DNA of 64,000 nucleotides from Lytechinus pictus (Eukaryota), in assembly GCF_037042905.1 (NCBI RefSeq), contig NC_087250.1, positions 12,898,001-12,962,000 of the forward strand, given 5' to 3'. The translations under genes and the position numbers were made by a program. The notes beneath the pieces are model-generated. The model searched no databases. It was not told the origin of the DNA and saw only the letters and a list, made by a program, of their open reading frames with translations. This document shows, in pieces, positions 11,936 to 53,400 of the stretch (position 1 is the stretch's first letter; each line of letters begins with the position of its first letter).

Positions 11936-14749
11936 CGATATTTCGAATATTCCACGTGTCCTAAGTTTTATTTTATGTACACGGCTAGTGTGTTATAGTA
12001 CTTTGCCTAAATCATATGTATAAAGCTGCTTAAAATCTTATACAATGATGTTTACGATATGAACTTTGATGTAGTTATTTAAAGTTTAAACAGCCATGTT
12101 TATTTTCGTTTAGTTTACATAATATAAAAAAAAATTGTTTTAGATTTTAAACACTTGTTAAAACTAATACTTTTGATGTTCATATATTAAACAAAATTGT
12201 ACAAAAAATATAAACAGCGTTCTCACTGGTTGCGTAATAACTTCGTATACATTTGCAGATGTCAATTCAATTCATTTAAACACTATCAGATTTTGCTACA
12301 TAAGATGTACAAAGGTTTAAAAATCGAGTAGCACCCCAAGAAGCTTACGCCTTTCGAGAAAGATGCTCAATTACACCTAGAAAAAAAGGAAAATATGCCT
12401 ACTAAATTAGTTGATCTGATAGGTCTGCGAAATTGCAGTAATTTAATCAAAATCAGCTTCATTTTGTGGCGATACCTTTTCTTAATTTTAATTTTATTTA
12501 TTTATTTTTTATTTTTTGCTTGTCTAATTTTCCTGGAACAAATTCACCTTTATTTTGTATCCAAACCCTTTTTTATTGCTTGTCATATTTCTCATGACCA
12601 CAGTGAAAATCCCTTTTTTGGTCAAATTTAAACTAGCACCCCCTGTTAAAAAATCGTCCCCACTGAGCCCTGGGATTCGTGTGACCGTTACATTGAACTG
12701 AATTGAATTAGTTTACTAAGATCAACATCAATCATGCAGCTCGCGCAGGCTAAAAATGTCCAATTAACAAGCAAAAATGAATATAAAAAAAAAAATTTTT
12801 ACAAAGGATTGACACAAAAAATGAATCAAGTTATAAAAGAATACCCGACACTTTAACATTGATAAAATTCAAATTGCAACGGATATCAGGTTTGATATTA
12901 GAACAAATTAGCGAGCATCAGACGTGTCAATTCTCTCAAAATATAGAGGTTAGAGCTTTACGCTTCTAGCGGTTAGGCGCTCCCAAACTTAGCCCGCCTT
13001 AGGGCGGATCTAGTTTTTTTTTCAAGCAGGGGTTTAACCGAAATTTGACAAGCAAAAAAAAAAGGAAAAAAAGAAGGTTCACCATATAATTAATTTGGGG
13101 TTGGCTTAACAAATAATGTAGGCCTAGGTCATTATTATTATTTTTACTTCGCAGCCCAAATGATCATGGGGGAGTTAACCCCCCCCCCCCCCCCGGTCGG
13201 ATCTGCCACTGCCGCCCCTTTCCCTATAACCTACGCACAGTGTGTTCGCGCTTCACGGGATGGAAAATGTCCGACTATTTCCTCGGTAAAAAAAAGAAGA
13301 TTATTCAGCTCAGTGTTTCCGCTCTGTTACACCATTGATGTAAAAAGAGGATGGAATACCATCTAACTCGTTTCCTTTAAAGCCAAGTCTGATGCCGCAA
13401 GGATAAAATAATGTCACGCATAATCTTCATTGGATTTTTCTCGCAGATTTGTAAAAAAAAAATCCTGTCTTACCTGTCTTACTACAGACTTACTGGCTAG
13501 TTACAAATACTGAAGAAAAAAAAATACTTTGTAATGATAATTCCTTTTCGATGCCACTGCATGGTATGTAGCGTGGCCGGATTATGAGATGAAATATTGC
13601 TAACATTTAACAGGGAAAAGCAAAAATAAATGCTGAAATATTTATTGAACTATGATTCGAAAGTACTCAACTGGTGCCGCATGTGGCCGCAACTGTGGCA
13701 CATAACATCTCAAATAGATATATCCCCCAAAACTAAAATGTAAAATGCGGAATACCGTGTAGAAATTCATAAAAAGTTGATTTAAAAATTGTCATATTTT
13801 AAGTTTTTTTTTTTTTTTTTTTGGAAACAGTTTTCATACGTTATTTTGCCAAATTTCAGGACACAGTAAAGCTTTGAGATACCTTTCGTAATGTGTTTAT
13901 TATCGACGTTTGGTGATGAAATGAAAGTGGAAGCAAACCTAATTATCAATTTTCCAACACATAACTTTTCAGTTTTCTCTTGAAACTGGTGGCATCACAG
14001 GTCGCCACCAAATTCTATAGTACACCTGTGCACTCTTTTGTCATGTTTGTACTTTAGAAATTGGAAGCGGCATGAATCATTTTTTGGTTCGTTGTCACTC
14101 CATCCTCTTTACATCCATGGTAGTACCATTGGATAAAGTAATAGAGGGAGAGAGAAAGAGAGAGAGAGAGGGGGGGGGGGGGAGAGTAAAAAAAAAATCT
14201 GATGCTAGCGTTGTGTGTTAGCGTGCCTCACCGCTGTGTTCAGTGCGGGTGTGAATGCAGTTGGAAAACACTCCGTCCATTGGAAAGGACGCAGATGTTG
14301 GTCCCGTGTATAGGAGCGTCACAACCTATGCACTTTAAAACCAATACATTATTCGTCAAAGAGTAGGGTGTATATAGCACCTGCCGATCCCCGGTACTAC
14401 AATACTGCAATAATCTTCAAGATTGAAGGGGGCGATGGTAGGCCTATTATAGGTTTTGTTGTCCAGATTAAGTTTCCCAAAACGCCTTAGAGGTCTTCCA
14501 CACTGCAATGCCCAAGCGAATTATATTGGACAGTCACACCCATCAAACAAACAAATACACATCGATAGATGGTATGTCTTGGTAATAACGTATAAGCTTT
14601 TGTCGGTATGGGTAAGCTGCGTCGGTGTTGCCGTGTTATAACAATGGGATGCCTCGCGGATACCTATTAGAGATCGTTGACGCGTGGAAAGAATAGACAA
14701 CCCCCACTTTAAATTTGGCGCACGCATGGAGATATCTCCATTTTACACG

Positions 14750-14829
14750 TATAAAGTGATCGAGTGTGTAAAGAGAGACACATCGTCAAATACATATTGC
14801 ACACATAACGCTAATAAACTTTTGCACAC
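14750..14829 (+). promoter_or_regulatory. Putative core promoter of ZIP gene A: TATA box and two MRE cores
   Basis: TATAAAG at 14750-14756; TGCACAC (MRE core TGCRCNC) at 14798-14804 and 14823-14829; context resembles the gene B promoter. Confidence 0.6.
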
Positions 14830-14885
14830 AGACTTTGGCTCATCGACATTCGCTTCATTGTTAGAAGACTTTGGGCAAACCAACA

Positions 14886-42279
<27,394 letters not shown>

Positions 42280-43716
42280 ACATGGCAACCTTGGGGAGGA
42301 CGCCATCAGCCTCGCAATCTGAACAGGGCAATCTTTGGGTAGATCAAAATATCACAACTACTACTGCTTCGGAATTATCTTCAGCGTTAATGAGGGAAGG
42401 ATTATCATTCCTTTAAAATTGAATTGTGAATATTAACTGTTGTAATAAGAACTATATCGATGGAGCAGCTAACCTGTTGTCCCATCGGATAAAATAAAAT
42501 AAAACAATAAACAAGTGATATAAATGTGGCAATGACTTTCCAGGTAATAAAATAGCTTGCCTATAGGACCTACAATGCGCTGCATTCCTGAAATAATAAT
42601 AATGAATTATTTTTAAAAGTGAATACCTGAATGGCAGTGGCTGTATGGATATGAATTTTGAGTTAATTTCGTGCGTGTTTTGATGTGAATCATGCTGAAA
42701 TACTCTTAAAAAGGAATGGTCAAAATGGCCAATGTGTTAGACATGTGTCTGACCAAATAATTGTCCAAATTATCGCTAGAGTCTTAACAAATTCGTTTTA
42801 ATTTGTCCAATATTTTTGGTCTGATACCTATTTCTCAACAAATTGGTTATCTTAATTGATTGGTTATGTATAGATTGAATATGTAAATAGATTAGCCCTG
42901 ATCATCATACCTTTGAATAATATTGACTTGATATAAATAGTTATTCGAGGATTCGAGAAAAAAAAGTTAGAAATAATTTTGTCTTTACATTGTGTTTTTT
43001 TTTTTTGGGGGGGGGTTGGTGATAGTGTGAATTTTAAGTGAAAAGGGAGCCTTTCAACTTCTCTGTGGATTTTTGCTAAAAATTATCAGATTTTTTTTCT
43101 CTACAGTATCATCATCTTATGTTGCTTTGCTCCTTTTATAGTAGTTAATATTAAAAACTGAACATTTTTAACTCCTTTATCTAAGGGACAAACATGTGCT
43201 GTATAATTGATTCAATTTTGGCGAAATTTTGTTGTTATGAATTACAAAGCCGATTCATCTTTATGCTGCATATTTAGGAATTACTTTCGTATATACAATT
43301 TACTTCGTACTGCGTCGAGTTCTGTTTTTCCGATTATTTTAATTTTAACCTTTGTAATGCCCCCACCCACAATGTATCGCGCAGTTTTTAAGGTAGCGCC
43401 ACAAAATTTTATGACTTTTTTCTTTGAAGTCTCGCACAAGTTTGAGATGAAATTACCGACATATTCGCACAGCGTCGCGACGCCACGTGACTTTTTATGA
43501 GAAAATGTCTTGCCGAAAATGGTCCCCTCTTTATGTGCACAAAGTCAAGTGGAGGTTTTTTTCCCATAAAGTGGTGATCATTTTTCATTCTTATTGGTCT
43601 GTTTATATAAATGAGGTCACATTTAGTTGAGAAATGATCTTGGGTAATTTTCATTGAGAAAAAAAAAATGCAAAAACAGAGATGACAAAAAAATGCCTAC
43701 GAAATTAATGAATTAT

Positions 43717-43842
43717 AGAGTCAAAAGGGGCCTAAGCTTTCGATTCTAGCAAAATCTCCGTCGGAGGCAAAATGACCTCCGACGAAAATTGCCTCCGACG
43801 GAGATTCTGCTAGGATCGAAAGCTTAGGCCCCTTTTGACTCT
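43717..43842. repeat. Near-perfect inverted repeat (54-bp arms, 18-nt loop)
   Basis: 43717-43770 versus the reverse complement of 43789-43842: 52/54 identical. Confidence 0.9.
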
Positions 43843-44724
43843 CTAATTTACTGCATTGGCTCTCTTTTATTAGAGAAGCAGTTTTCAGCAGCTTCTTTCT
43901 GCCATTGAAATTAATGAATCATAGAAAAGTAAAAAATTGGTTTTGGGAAGTTTTGTTGTGAAAACCTATATGCGGAAAACAAATGAAAATCCTTAGGGAA
44001 ATTTGGTGTTAATTATATGCGGCGAAAATTGTTTCTCACGAATAGATTTGCATATCTCATTCATGATAATTAATGTATTTTCATAGAAATATAAAAGTAA
44101 AATCAAACCAAATGGGCATGTCCTTTTGAAATGACTGTTTTTTTTTATTGTTATCATAAATACACATATATATGGTTACTTTGCCATTATGGTTATTACC
44201 ATGGTAACAGGGTTGACTATCAAGATTTCCATGGTAATTGCCACAAAGGCATTATTTATGCTGCATGCTGTAGCGCGCTTGTGGACTTCTTACGAAGAGG
44301 TATGAAACGATATACGGCCCATTAGCAAGTGTAAATATTAATGAAGGTGCCTCAGCAATGGTAATATAAGTGGAAATATAATGCTAATGTATTCATTTAT
44401 TCAGTACTATTAACAATTTTTGTTACTATATATAATGTGTTTTTCATAGCTGCTAACACCTTTTATGTGAATTTTTACAAACTGAAATGTGAGATCAGTA
44501 TTTGAAAGGTTGGAGAAGTGACGTTTTTCTAATTGTTGCATTTACTACTTTAAATGGTTTGATCAAACACTTAAAACGTCGGATTCAGTTTTAGGCAAGG
44601 TTAGATATATCATTTGGAAAAAAAGTTGTCACTCCTCCACCCTTTCTATAAGTAATTTAACATTTCACTTTTAGTGTGTATAATAATACTATGAGTAGAG
44701 AATATTCTTAAACGGAAATATTAC

Positions 44725-45313
44725 AGGACAAGTCCACCCCAACAAAAAGTTGATTTGAATAAAAAGAGAAAAATCCAACAAACACAAAACTGAAAATATC
44801 ATCAAAACCGGATGTGAAATAAAAAGGTTATGACATTTTAAAGTTCCTCTTAATTTCACAAAACAGTTATATGCACATCCTGATCCGTATTCAAATGAGG
44901 AGACTGATGACGTCATCCATTTACTATTTATTTTGTATTTTATTATATGAAATATTCTAATTTTCTCCTCATTGTCAAGTGAAACAATGATTAATTCCTC
45001 CCTAAACATGTGGAATTATAGCATTGTTTAATGCTATGGTTCAGACAAGTTAATCCTTATCGTCAAATCTGTAAAAAAAAGGAAAAGAAATATTGTATAA
45101 TTAAAACAATAAAAAACAAAAGAAATGGTGAGTGTGGGACATCATCGACTGTCACTGAATTGTGCATATCACTGTTTTTTTTTAAATAAGTGAATCTTTG
45201 AAATGTCGTCACTTTCTTATTTTACATCAGATTTTGATGAAATGTTCAGCGTTATGCTAGTTTGATTTTCCCTATTTATTGGAATCAAAATTTTTCTGGG
45301 GTGGACTTGACCT
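44725..45313. mobile_element. Kolobok/T2-like MITE, full length (~590 bp)
   Basis: AGGACAAGTCCACCCC ... GGGGTGGACTTGACCT with ~150-bp imperfect TIRs. Confidence 0.85.
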
Positions 45314-48300
45314 TTGAGTTGGGTAAGAAAATTTGCCATCAATGTAATGATATCAATGATTTAAAATTCATCATATTTTTATGCTTGTTATCTCAATTAC
45401 AATAAAAACATGTTTGTGTTTCTGTATGCTTGTACATTTCGGCAGATGTATACCAACATCGCGTATTTTACTCTAGATATTCTTTCATGACCATTATCTG
45501 TAACTTATGTAAATTAACAAACAGTGACATTAATACTATTTTGGTAAATTTTAAAAGAGAGCTTTTTGGTATATTGTTAACCTATTTTATGTGTGGTTAT
45601 TTTTAGAATTAAAATAAATTAAAGAATATATTCGTGTTGGTCCTTTGGCTATTTTGTTGTGAATGCTACTGCTCGTGATTATTCAATATAATGATATCAT
45701 TTGATTTGGTGTCGCCTGTGCCGGGGAGGCGAAAAGCGAACTGAATCACTATGACCCAGATAACGCTCCTCCCAACATACAGTGCTGGTATAAAGTTATT
45801 TGCTTTTGTCAGTGATTTTCACCAAATAATGTTTTTCACACTGCATTTCCTTATCCCCATACTATCTTTTTTGTTTCACACTGTCTTTCTTAACCCCATA
45901 CTATTTCCTTAGCCGGGGTAAACGCTTTAACCCCGGACTATATATCGCACAGCTCATGAATAACGCGTGCAATTTCGACTTCTGTGATTAGCTAATGCTT
46001 AGCCACACTTTTCTTCAGCCCGGTGTTGTTTCACACTGCAGTTCTTAGCACCGCAACAGGCCAGATAATATCGTACTATTTACCGTGCTAGCCCACTTTG
46101 GTAAATTGTAATGTGAAACCGAAGTGGGCTAAGCTTAACCCCGGGAACTTGGAGGGGCTAAAGCCCCCCCCCCCTAGCCCCACCAATTCTCCGGGGTTAA
46201 GGAACATTTCTGTAGTGTGAAAAGCATATTTAAAACCCATAACACAATGCACTCCTTCATGCTTCATGAGTGTTGAATGTACACCGTTCGAAAATTTATC
46301 CTTAAAATAAAAGAAGTTCCTGCAGCAGAGTCTCGAGAACACCTGTAACCTTTCCAGATTGCATTATCTTACATTATATCATGTAACATTACAGGTAATT
46401 GGTATTTGGTGTATGTACCCTTACAAATTTCCTTAAATACTACACAATTTTTACCTTTTTAAACAGACCTGTTCTGTTAAATTGTAGAAAAATTCCTGTT
46501 TTATAAATTAACATGTGATTCTGTTATTGCTTTCTGCAAAGTCTTGGTTTTTTCTGTAAAATCAGGTTTTTTTTAGCAGTGTAGACAACAGCACTACAAT
46601 ATGTCGGCGATCCCAGAGAAACAAACTTTATTGAATGTGATATTTTATCACCTGACTTCACAATTAAATATCTATTGTATATCATGACAGAACTTGAACA
46701 CTGTCAAAGATTATCATTTGTGGAGGGGTTCACTAAATTTTTAGCACTACTGTAATGGGTAGATGCAGAAATAAACACTACGGAAAGTAAGCCTACCCCG
46801 TTAAAATGAAACTATTTAGCATAACCCTTATAACAAAGTCTGACCATTACAAAACGGTTGGTGTGAATCTAAATTTATTAGATTACCCCTGCATGTGTTA
46901 AAATAAAAATAATCAAATATTTGTTTTGCAATTTTCTTTAAAATTGTCTGCGCGTGACCCCTGTAGCTGGTATTTTAATTAATTTCTTTGTTTTTACAAT
47001 TGATGACACGGTTTCGTATAATTTTTTATTTGATTTTTCATTTCAATACTCCATGTAAATTTATTTGATTCATTCGATTTCATCGTTAAAACTTCGGAGA
47101 ATACTCGGGGGTTTTCATGAAATACAAATAAAAAAAAATCATCTGTATATACCAATATATCCTTTTTGTTCAAATATAAAATCTCAGATAAATTTGCTTC
47201 TACATGGTATACCCTTTAATTTAATTCGTATCATACATAATTATTTTTGCCTTCTTCTTTTTACATGGGTGTCTATATAGGCCTATAGCGAAATAAATAA
47301 TCCCAATCGTTTGTGACATCTTACATAGTAAAAAAAGTTGTCTATTTTTTTATACAACACTGTTTACTATACAGTAAGCGTTTAAACAAGTGTATAAAAT
47401 AATAAACAACAAGGTTTAACTTGTATCATGTTTTATTCTTTACTGAATTAAGCATGGTTGTTCAAACTTCAAAACAACTGCTGTACAGTTCATTAAACAA
47501 CGTTTTTCATAGTTAATCGCATAATTTATTAAACAGATTTCCGGGGATAGACCCTGTGCTTTAAAGGAAGTTGACACGACAAAAGTCAGAAAATACAGAA
47601 CTATTTTCTTTCTTTGAATGCTTTTTTATTCATTTATTTTTTATTTTTTACTCCTACTAAACGTATTAGACCCCTGTTTACAAGGGGGGCAACTGAACAT
47701 CGCACAGACAAAAATAATGTTTACAGTAGTATGCAAAATAATCTACAATAAAGCAAAGTCGCCAGACCGTATCTAGGGGTGGGGATTGCGTGGGGGCAAG
47801 TGCCCTCGTTTTTTACCCATAACAAATACCGTAATACCTCCACTGTGCTCCTTGGACATGTTAAACGAGCAAGTGAAAATTGGTCCTTATTTGGAAAGAA
47901 TACATTTTCTTTGGATTAATGTTTCAGAGTCTATTTATTTCTTTGAGCGACTGAAATTAACGACCAATTGAGGAGCAGGTGTCGCTCATTACTTTCCTAT
48001 GGATAAAAAAAAATCACTGTCCCTCAAAATATTATGGTAAATCCAGGAATCGCATTTGACAGTAATGGAATCTCATTCAAATATTGATTTCATCGATTTG
48101 ACCTATATACACAATTCATAAAAGACCAAAGACAATTTGAAAATTATTTTCTTAAAATATGCTGGGATTGACTAATATGGTAGCTAACTAACCGTTAATA
48201 AAATTTAAAAAGTATACAAAAAATGTACAAACCAGACGTTACATGGAACGGAATGAAAAGAAAAAGAAGAAAAAAAAAACATTTCAGTAGTTCTATGGAT

Positions 48301-48958
48301 GGATTATTTGGAATAGACTAAATTGGATATTACATAATAAAAAGAAATAATCATCATCAAATTTATAAGTCAAATACCGATTCATATTCATCCACTTCTA
48401 AAACAAAATGAACACATTGAACTTGAGATGGTATTAAACTAGGGCCTACATTATTCAAGATAATCGAAAAAAGTTACAATGCATCAATAAGCAGATAAGA
48501 TAAACACCCATCTCTACTGCATTATAAATAAATATTAGTATTTACTGTTGGTTTTTTTTTCTTGAGCCAGAGACCAAAAATGATGTAATTTCAGTATAAA
48601 TATACATATAGACTGTTTCCGAAGTAAAAGTGATAAAATCATTTTGACCGCCTGATAGCCTAATCCTATCATGAGAAAGACGAGATTCTTGCGATGTAAC
48701 GAAATGTTACCCCATTCATACATAATGCATTTATTGATTTTTGTTGTCTGAAGAATGATTTTCATCAGCAGTCCTAGCGATGGGGTATTATCGACCCAAT
48801 GGCCCGTATTCTGAACTCGGGTTTAACTGAAACCGTGGTCTACCTCTGTGCTAAAATGATGGGAAGCCAAACATATCGTTTGTTCAGATGGTAGGCATAT
48901 GTTTGTGTTCTTTCCGAATTCTTCAATGGTGACGACAATTATCTCATGTTTCCTTCCT

Positions 48959-49558
48959 AGGTCAAGTCCACCCCAGAAAAATGTTGATTTGAATAGATGG
49001 AGAAAAATCAAACTAGCATAAACACTGAAAATTTCATCATAATCGGATGTGAAATAAGAAAGTTATGCCATTTTAAAGTTTCGCTTATTTTTCACAAAAC
49101 AGTGATATGCACATTTCAGTGGCATGCAAATGAGACAGTCGATGATGTCCCTCACGATTTCTTTTGTTTTGTTTTTGTTTGAATTATACAAAATTTCATT
49201 TTTTACACATTTGACAATATGGACCAACTTGACTGAACCATATAGTATTAAACTGTGCTAATTTCACATGCTCAGGGAGGAATTAATCGTTGTTTCACTT
49301 GACAATGAGGAGAAAATTAGAATATTTCATATTTCATATAATAAAATACAAAAGAAATAGTGAGTGGACGATGTCATCAGTCTCCTAATTTGCATATCAA
49401 TCAGGATGTGCATAACTGTTTTGTGAAATTAAAGCGAAACTTTAAAATGTCATAACTTTCTTATTTTACATCCGATTTTGATGAAATTTTCAGTGTTATG
49501 CTTGTTATATTTTTCTCTTTTTATTCAAATTAATTGTTTGTTGGGGTGGGCTTGTCCT
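48959..49558. mobile_element. Kolobok/T2-like MITE (opposite orientation) nested in a Harbinger-like MITE (48801-49696)
   Basis: AGGTCAAGTCCACCCC ... GGGGTGGGCTTGTCCT-TTAA; host element ends GGCCCGTATTCTGAA / TTCTGTATACGGGTC. Confidence 0.8.
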
Positions 49559-49908
49559 TTAAGAATGATATGAGAGTCAAATGAGTTGAAACTGTGAACC
49601 TCTTCTGTTTAAGATATATGCCACAATTAGATATCCATAGATAAACCACAAATTTAGACCGGAGTTAAAATTAAACACGACTTCTGTATACGGGTCCATG
49701 AGTTCGTTTCTAACCAAACATAATTAGAACAATAACTTTAGGCGTATTAAACGAATGAAATCCGTGATGACTCTGCTGGGGGCAAGATCCCACAGGGAAT
49801 TCAATGAGGAACTCGTTATTATAATGAAAATTGGTGAGGCGTGCAAACTGGGTGGGGGGGGGGGGGGAGGCTTCCTCAAAGGACACCATAGCAACTTGTG
49901 TTAAAGCA

Positions 49909-50077
49909 TGCACACAACGAGTTGCCTTTTCGCACCGCTGTGTTTGCTTTGTCATTGCACACAGGACTTTGGAAAGTTTATGGGACTATAAAGTGTCGTG
50001 TGCAAATAAAGAACGCGCTGTCTCTCTCTCTCCCATAGCGGCCTGTGTTATTCGCAAAGGTTTGAGTATTTGCACAC
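49909..50077 (+). promoter_or_regulatory. Putative promoter of ZIP gene B: TATA box with four MRE cores
   Basis: TGCACAC at 49909-49915, 49956-49962 and 50071-50077, and GTGTGCA (reverse) at 49998-50004; TATAAAG at 49987-49993. Confidence 0.7.
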
Positions 50078-50143
50078 CACCCTATAGTTTTACACTCATT
50101 TTGACACAGAACTTTGGACAAACCAGAGACAAGGAAAAGAACC

Positions 50144-50467
50144 ATGGCGGTGTCTTCAAGGCCTTATAGTGTCGTGGGCATAACACTACTTTTACTTTTC
50201 CTCCAATCTTGTTCGGTTTCGGCGGAAAAGGATTTGTTCAGACCCAGACGAGAAGCAGACGACCACGACCACGACCACCATTCAGATGAGGAACACTTTG
50301 TAGCTGTCGGAAATTATCTGTTAGATCAGGAGTTATCCGCACAGAGAACCTCCGGTGATTTTGAGGAAAATCATGACCAAAACATTACTTCAACACAAGT
50401 CGACATTTTGATTTTGACGCTCTTTTCAAGGGTTGGATGTGAAAGTCTTGTCAATAACTGCTCCAAG
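50144..50467 (+). CDS. ZIP gene B exon 1
   Basis: ACCATGG start; [36 protein letters not shown]|gta. Confidence 0.9.
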
Positions 50468-53400
50468 GTAGAAACAATTACTCTTTCATTGTTTTGAATA
50501 TTCAATTTAACGACTTTATCATAATAGGCCTACGTGTGGATTAACTGCTAGTCGAATTTATTTACTTAGCCCATACTGATCCGATTTTCCAAAAACTGAA
50601 CATATTAAAAATATCTGATATCAATATCTTACAAACTGCAAATTTTATGTTCAATTATACTAATCACTTGGTTCCAAGCAATCTTAATTCAATGTTTATA
50701 CGCAATACCCAGGTTCATGAACACAATACCAGTGGTTCCAACAATTTTCATCTAAGTAATACCAAAACAGTACTTGCTTATAAATCCATCAGACAAAGAG
50801 GACCTGATGTGTGGCACTCACTGCCTCGTGAAATAAAAGAATGTTCTTCGCTTTATTCTTTTAAACGTAAGCTAAAAAAACACATTATATCATTATGACT
50901 CATAAATTTTCTTAAAGTGTTTTTAGATCATTAATATATTGTTGCACTGGTTTCCAGTTCCCGATGGGGGAGGGGGGGGGGGCATTAGGGCATCTGTACA
51001 TTGTTTTTCATCATGTCATCATTTTAACCTGTGTCAATGTACATGTATGTATTGCCAGCCATGATGGCAATCGGGGTCTGCCTCGTCAAGACCTTTCGGT
51101 CTTTTGCAGTCTCCCAAATTTCATTTTGTATTTATGTATGTTTAATTGCTTTGTTACCAATTATTTATTTATCTGATATTGTATCTTGTATTATTATAAA
51201 TGGAATTTGAATAAACGGAATTGAAATTGAATTGAAAATTGAATTTCATATTGCAAAATCATATTCTATCAATAGTAAATTTTCATGGAATAACATAATA
51301 CACTGTCAGAATATTTACAGAATCCTGACAGATATTTGATTTGCATTTTCAAATGACTTATTCAATATAACACTCTAAATTAAGCATTGCAACAGAGGGT
51401 CGTGGGTTGGATACTAGCCATAGTGTATACCCTGAAGAGCAAGAAATTTTTGCTAAATGTTCCGCACTCAATCCAAGGCCCCGTAACGCAAAGGTTGAGA
51501 TGAATTGCAAATATGAAAAAACCGCACTGATTGGTTCCCGGTCAGTCTTTTGAATAGAGTGGTTATGCAACGATGATCTTGATTGGTCATTTGAATTTGA
51601 ATGACGACAGTAAATCATGCATAAAAAGCTATATTATTATTATCATCATTATTATTTTATTATATTATCACTATTATTATTATTATTATTGTTATTATCA
51701 TTGTTATCATTCGTATTATTATCATTGTTATTATAATTACTATTTTCAACAGTGATTTTATTCAATTAGCATTGTGTTGCTCTATGTTTGCACTACATTC
51801 ATCTATACCGAACAAAATTAACGAAAAACATTTAACCCCTCCCCCCCCCAAAAAAAAAAGTATGTTTCCTATACTACATTATCCTAAACTTGCCAAATAT
51901 TGGATGTTTTCTACAAAACATCACATAAATATTCTGGGCGTCGTTTAGGTTTGGTATGATAACAAAATCTCTATACCAATTTTACTATCAGCCAATCAGA
52001 TTTGAGAATTTCGGTAGCCTTAAAATTAATATTTCAAATTTGTTATCAAAACAAGCTTTAATGAAACGGGCCCCTGAAAAGGCGTGCTCTAATAAGATGA
52101 CAACGGCTCGTCAGGTGACGCTAGGGGCTTGTCACGTGATTCGTACACAATGATATTGACTTATCCCATATAGTGAAACGTGCCATTGTTATATTCTTTT
52201 CAACTTTCAGGTGGCGCCAAGTTATATTGATTGAAAAGAGGGTGAGCGGGTGGGGAAAATTGGCAACCTAAATACTAATTTTATTCTCAATTGAATATTC
52301 GGTGTAGGTAAAATCTATACTCAGGCCGGTTTTTATACTCCTTTTCCTTCATTTCCACATTTCTTCGTGTTCTAATTTTTCTAGGAACAATTTGGTAACC
52401 TCGAGGAAATCATTCGCAATAGTCCTTACCCATCGTGGGTATTGACAACCCCCCATGGCAAATTTATGGTGGCTCTGAGTTTCTGAAGCAACTTTGATCG
52501 CATTTGGTCCGTACACAGTAAAAACGTTATTTGAAAATTCATAATGATACAACGTTGCTTACGATATGAACCTTACAGTAGTTGTTAAACAGATAAACAA
52601 CCATGCTTAATTTATTGAAAACTGAATATCAAAGATTAAACTTTGTTGTGTAAAATTGTATACACTTCTTAAATATGTTTAAACAGCTGCTGTAAAGTTC
52701 GTTTAGTAAGCAGCGATGTACGTTTCGAGTAAAAATTCTTAGCGTTTTTTTACTACCAATAGTAGGACTTTTGAGAACGGTGGGATCTTTTGCAGATTGA
52801 TTTTAATTTTTGACATCGTTATAACCTAAATTTTGAATAAAATGTGTCGTCAAACCATTATAATTTTGAAAAACAACACCAACCACAAACAAAATAATGT
52901 CTTTGGGTAAATGTCTTTGGGAAAGAAATGGACTGGTATTGATTGATCGCCAAACAGATCTTTGAAGTCATGTCGATATTAAGGATTTCGCCTATTGATT
53001 TCAAAATTCATCATTACCCCTTTTAATTTCTTTAATGGTCAATGATCTGAAAATAAAAAAATTGTCAATTTCGCAATATAAATCGCGAAACTGGCGAGCA
53101 GACTGTCTACAAACCACTGGACTGAAAGTCCCGAAGTTTAATTTGCACCTAGTTTTTAGCAATTCAAATTGTAGCTTTTTCTATGTTCGCTGAACTATGA
53201 CTCAGCGTATTTTTTTCACGTTGAATCTCAAAATTGGTGTTTGTTCTGCACTATAGATCATTTTCATCCCAAAATACCGTCACATACTAATCTGTACATT
53301 CCACGATGTAAAAACGCCAGTGTTAATTTAACACCAGCCTGGTATCTATTTTGGTCCACTTCCTTTGACGAATGGATACCATGCGCGACCATAGGGTCTC

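Noticed and set aside
14215..14530. SINE-like body upstream of the gene A promoter
   Set aside because: It resembles a retroposon core and tail but lacks clear A/B boxes or TSDs; insufficient support.
14871..14885. Upstream TTG starts given in the ORF track for both exon 1s (14871, 50114)
   Set aside because: The eukaryotic context favours ATG at 14886 and 50144, each with good Kozak context and directly followed by a signal peptide.
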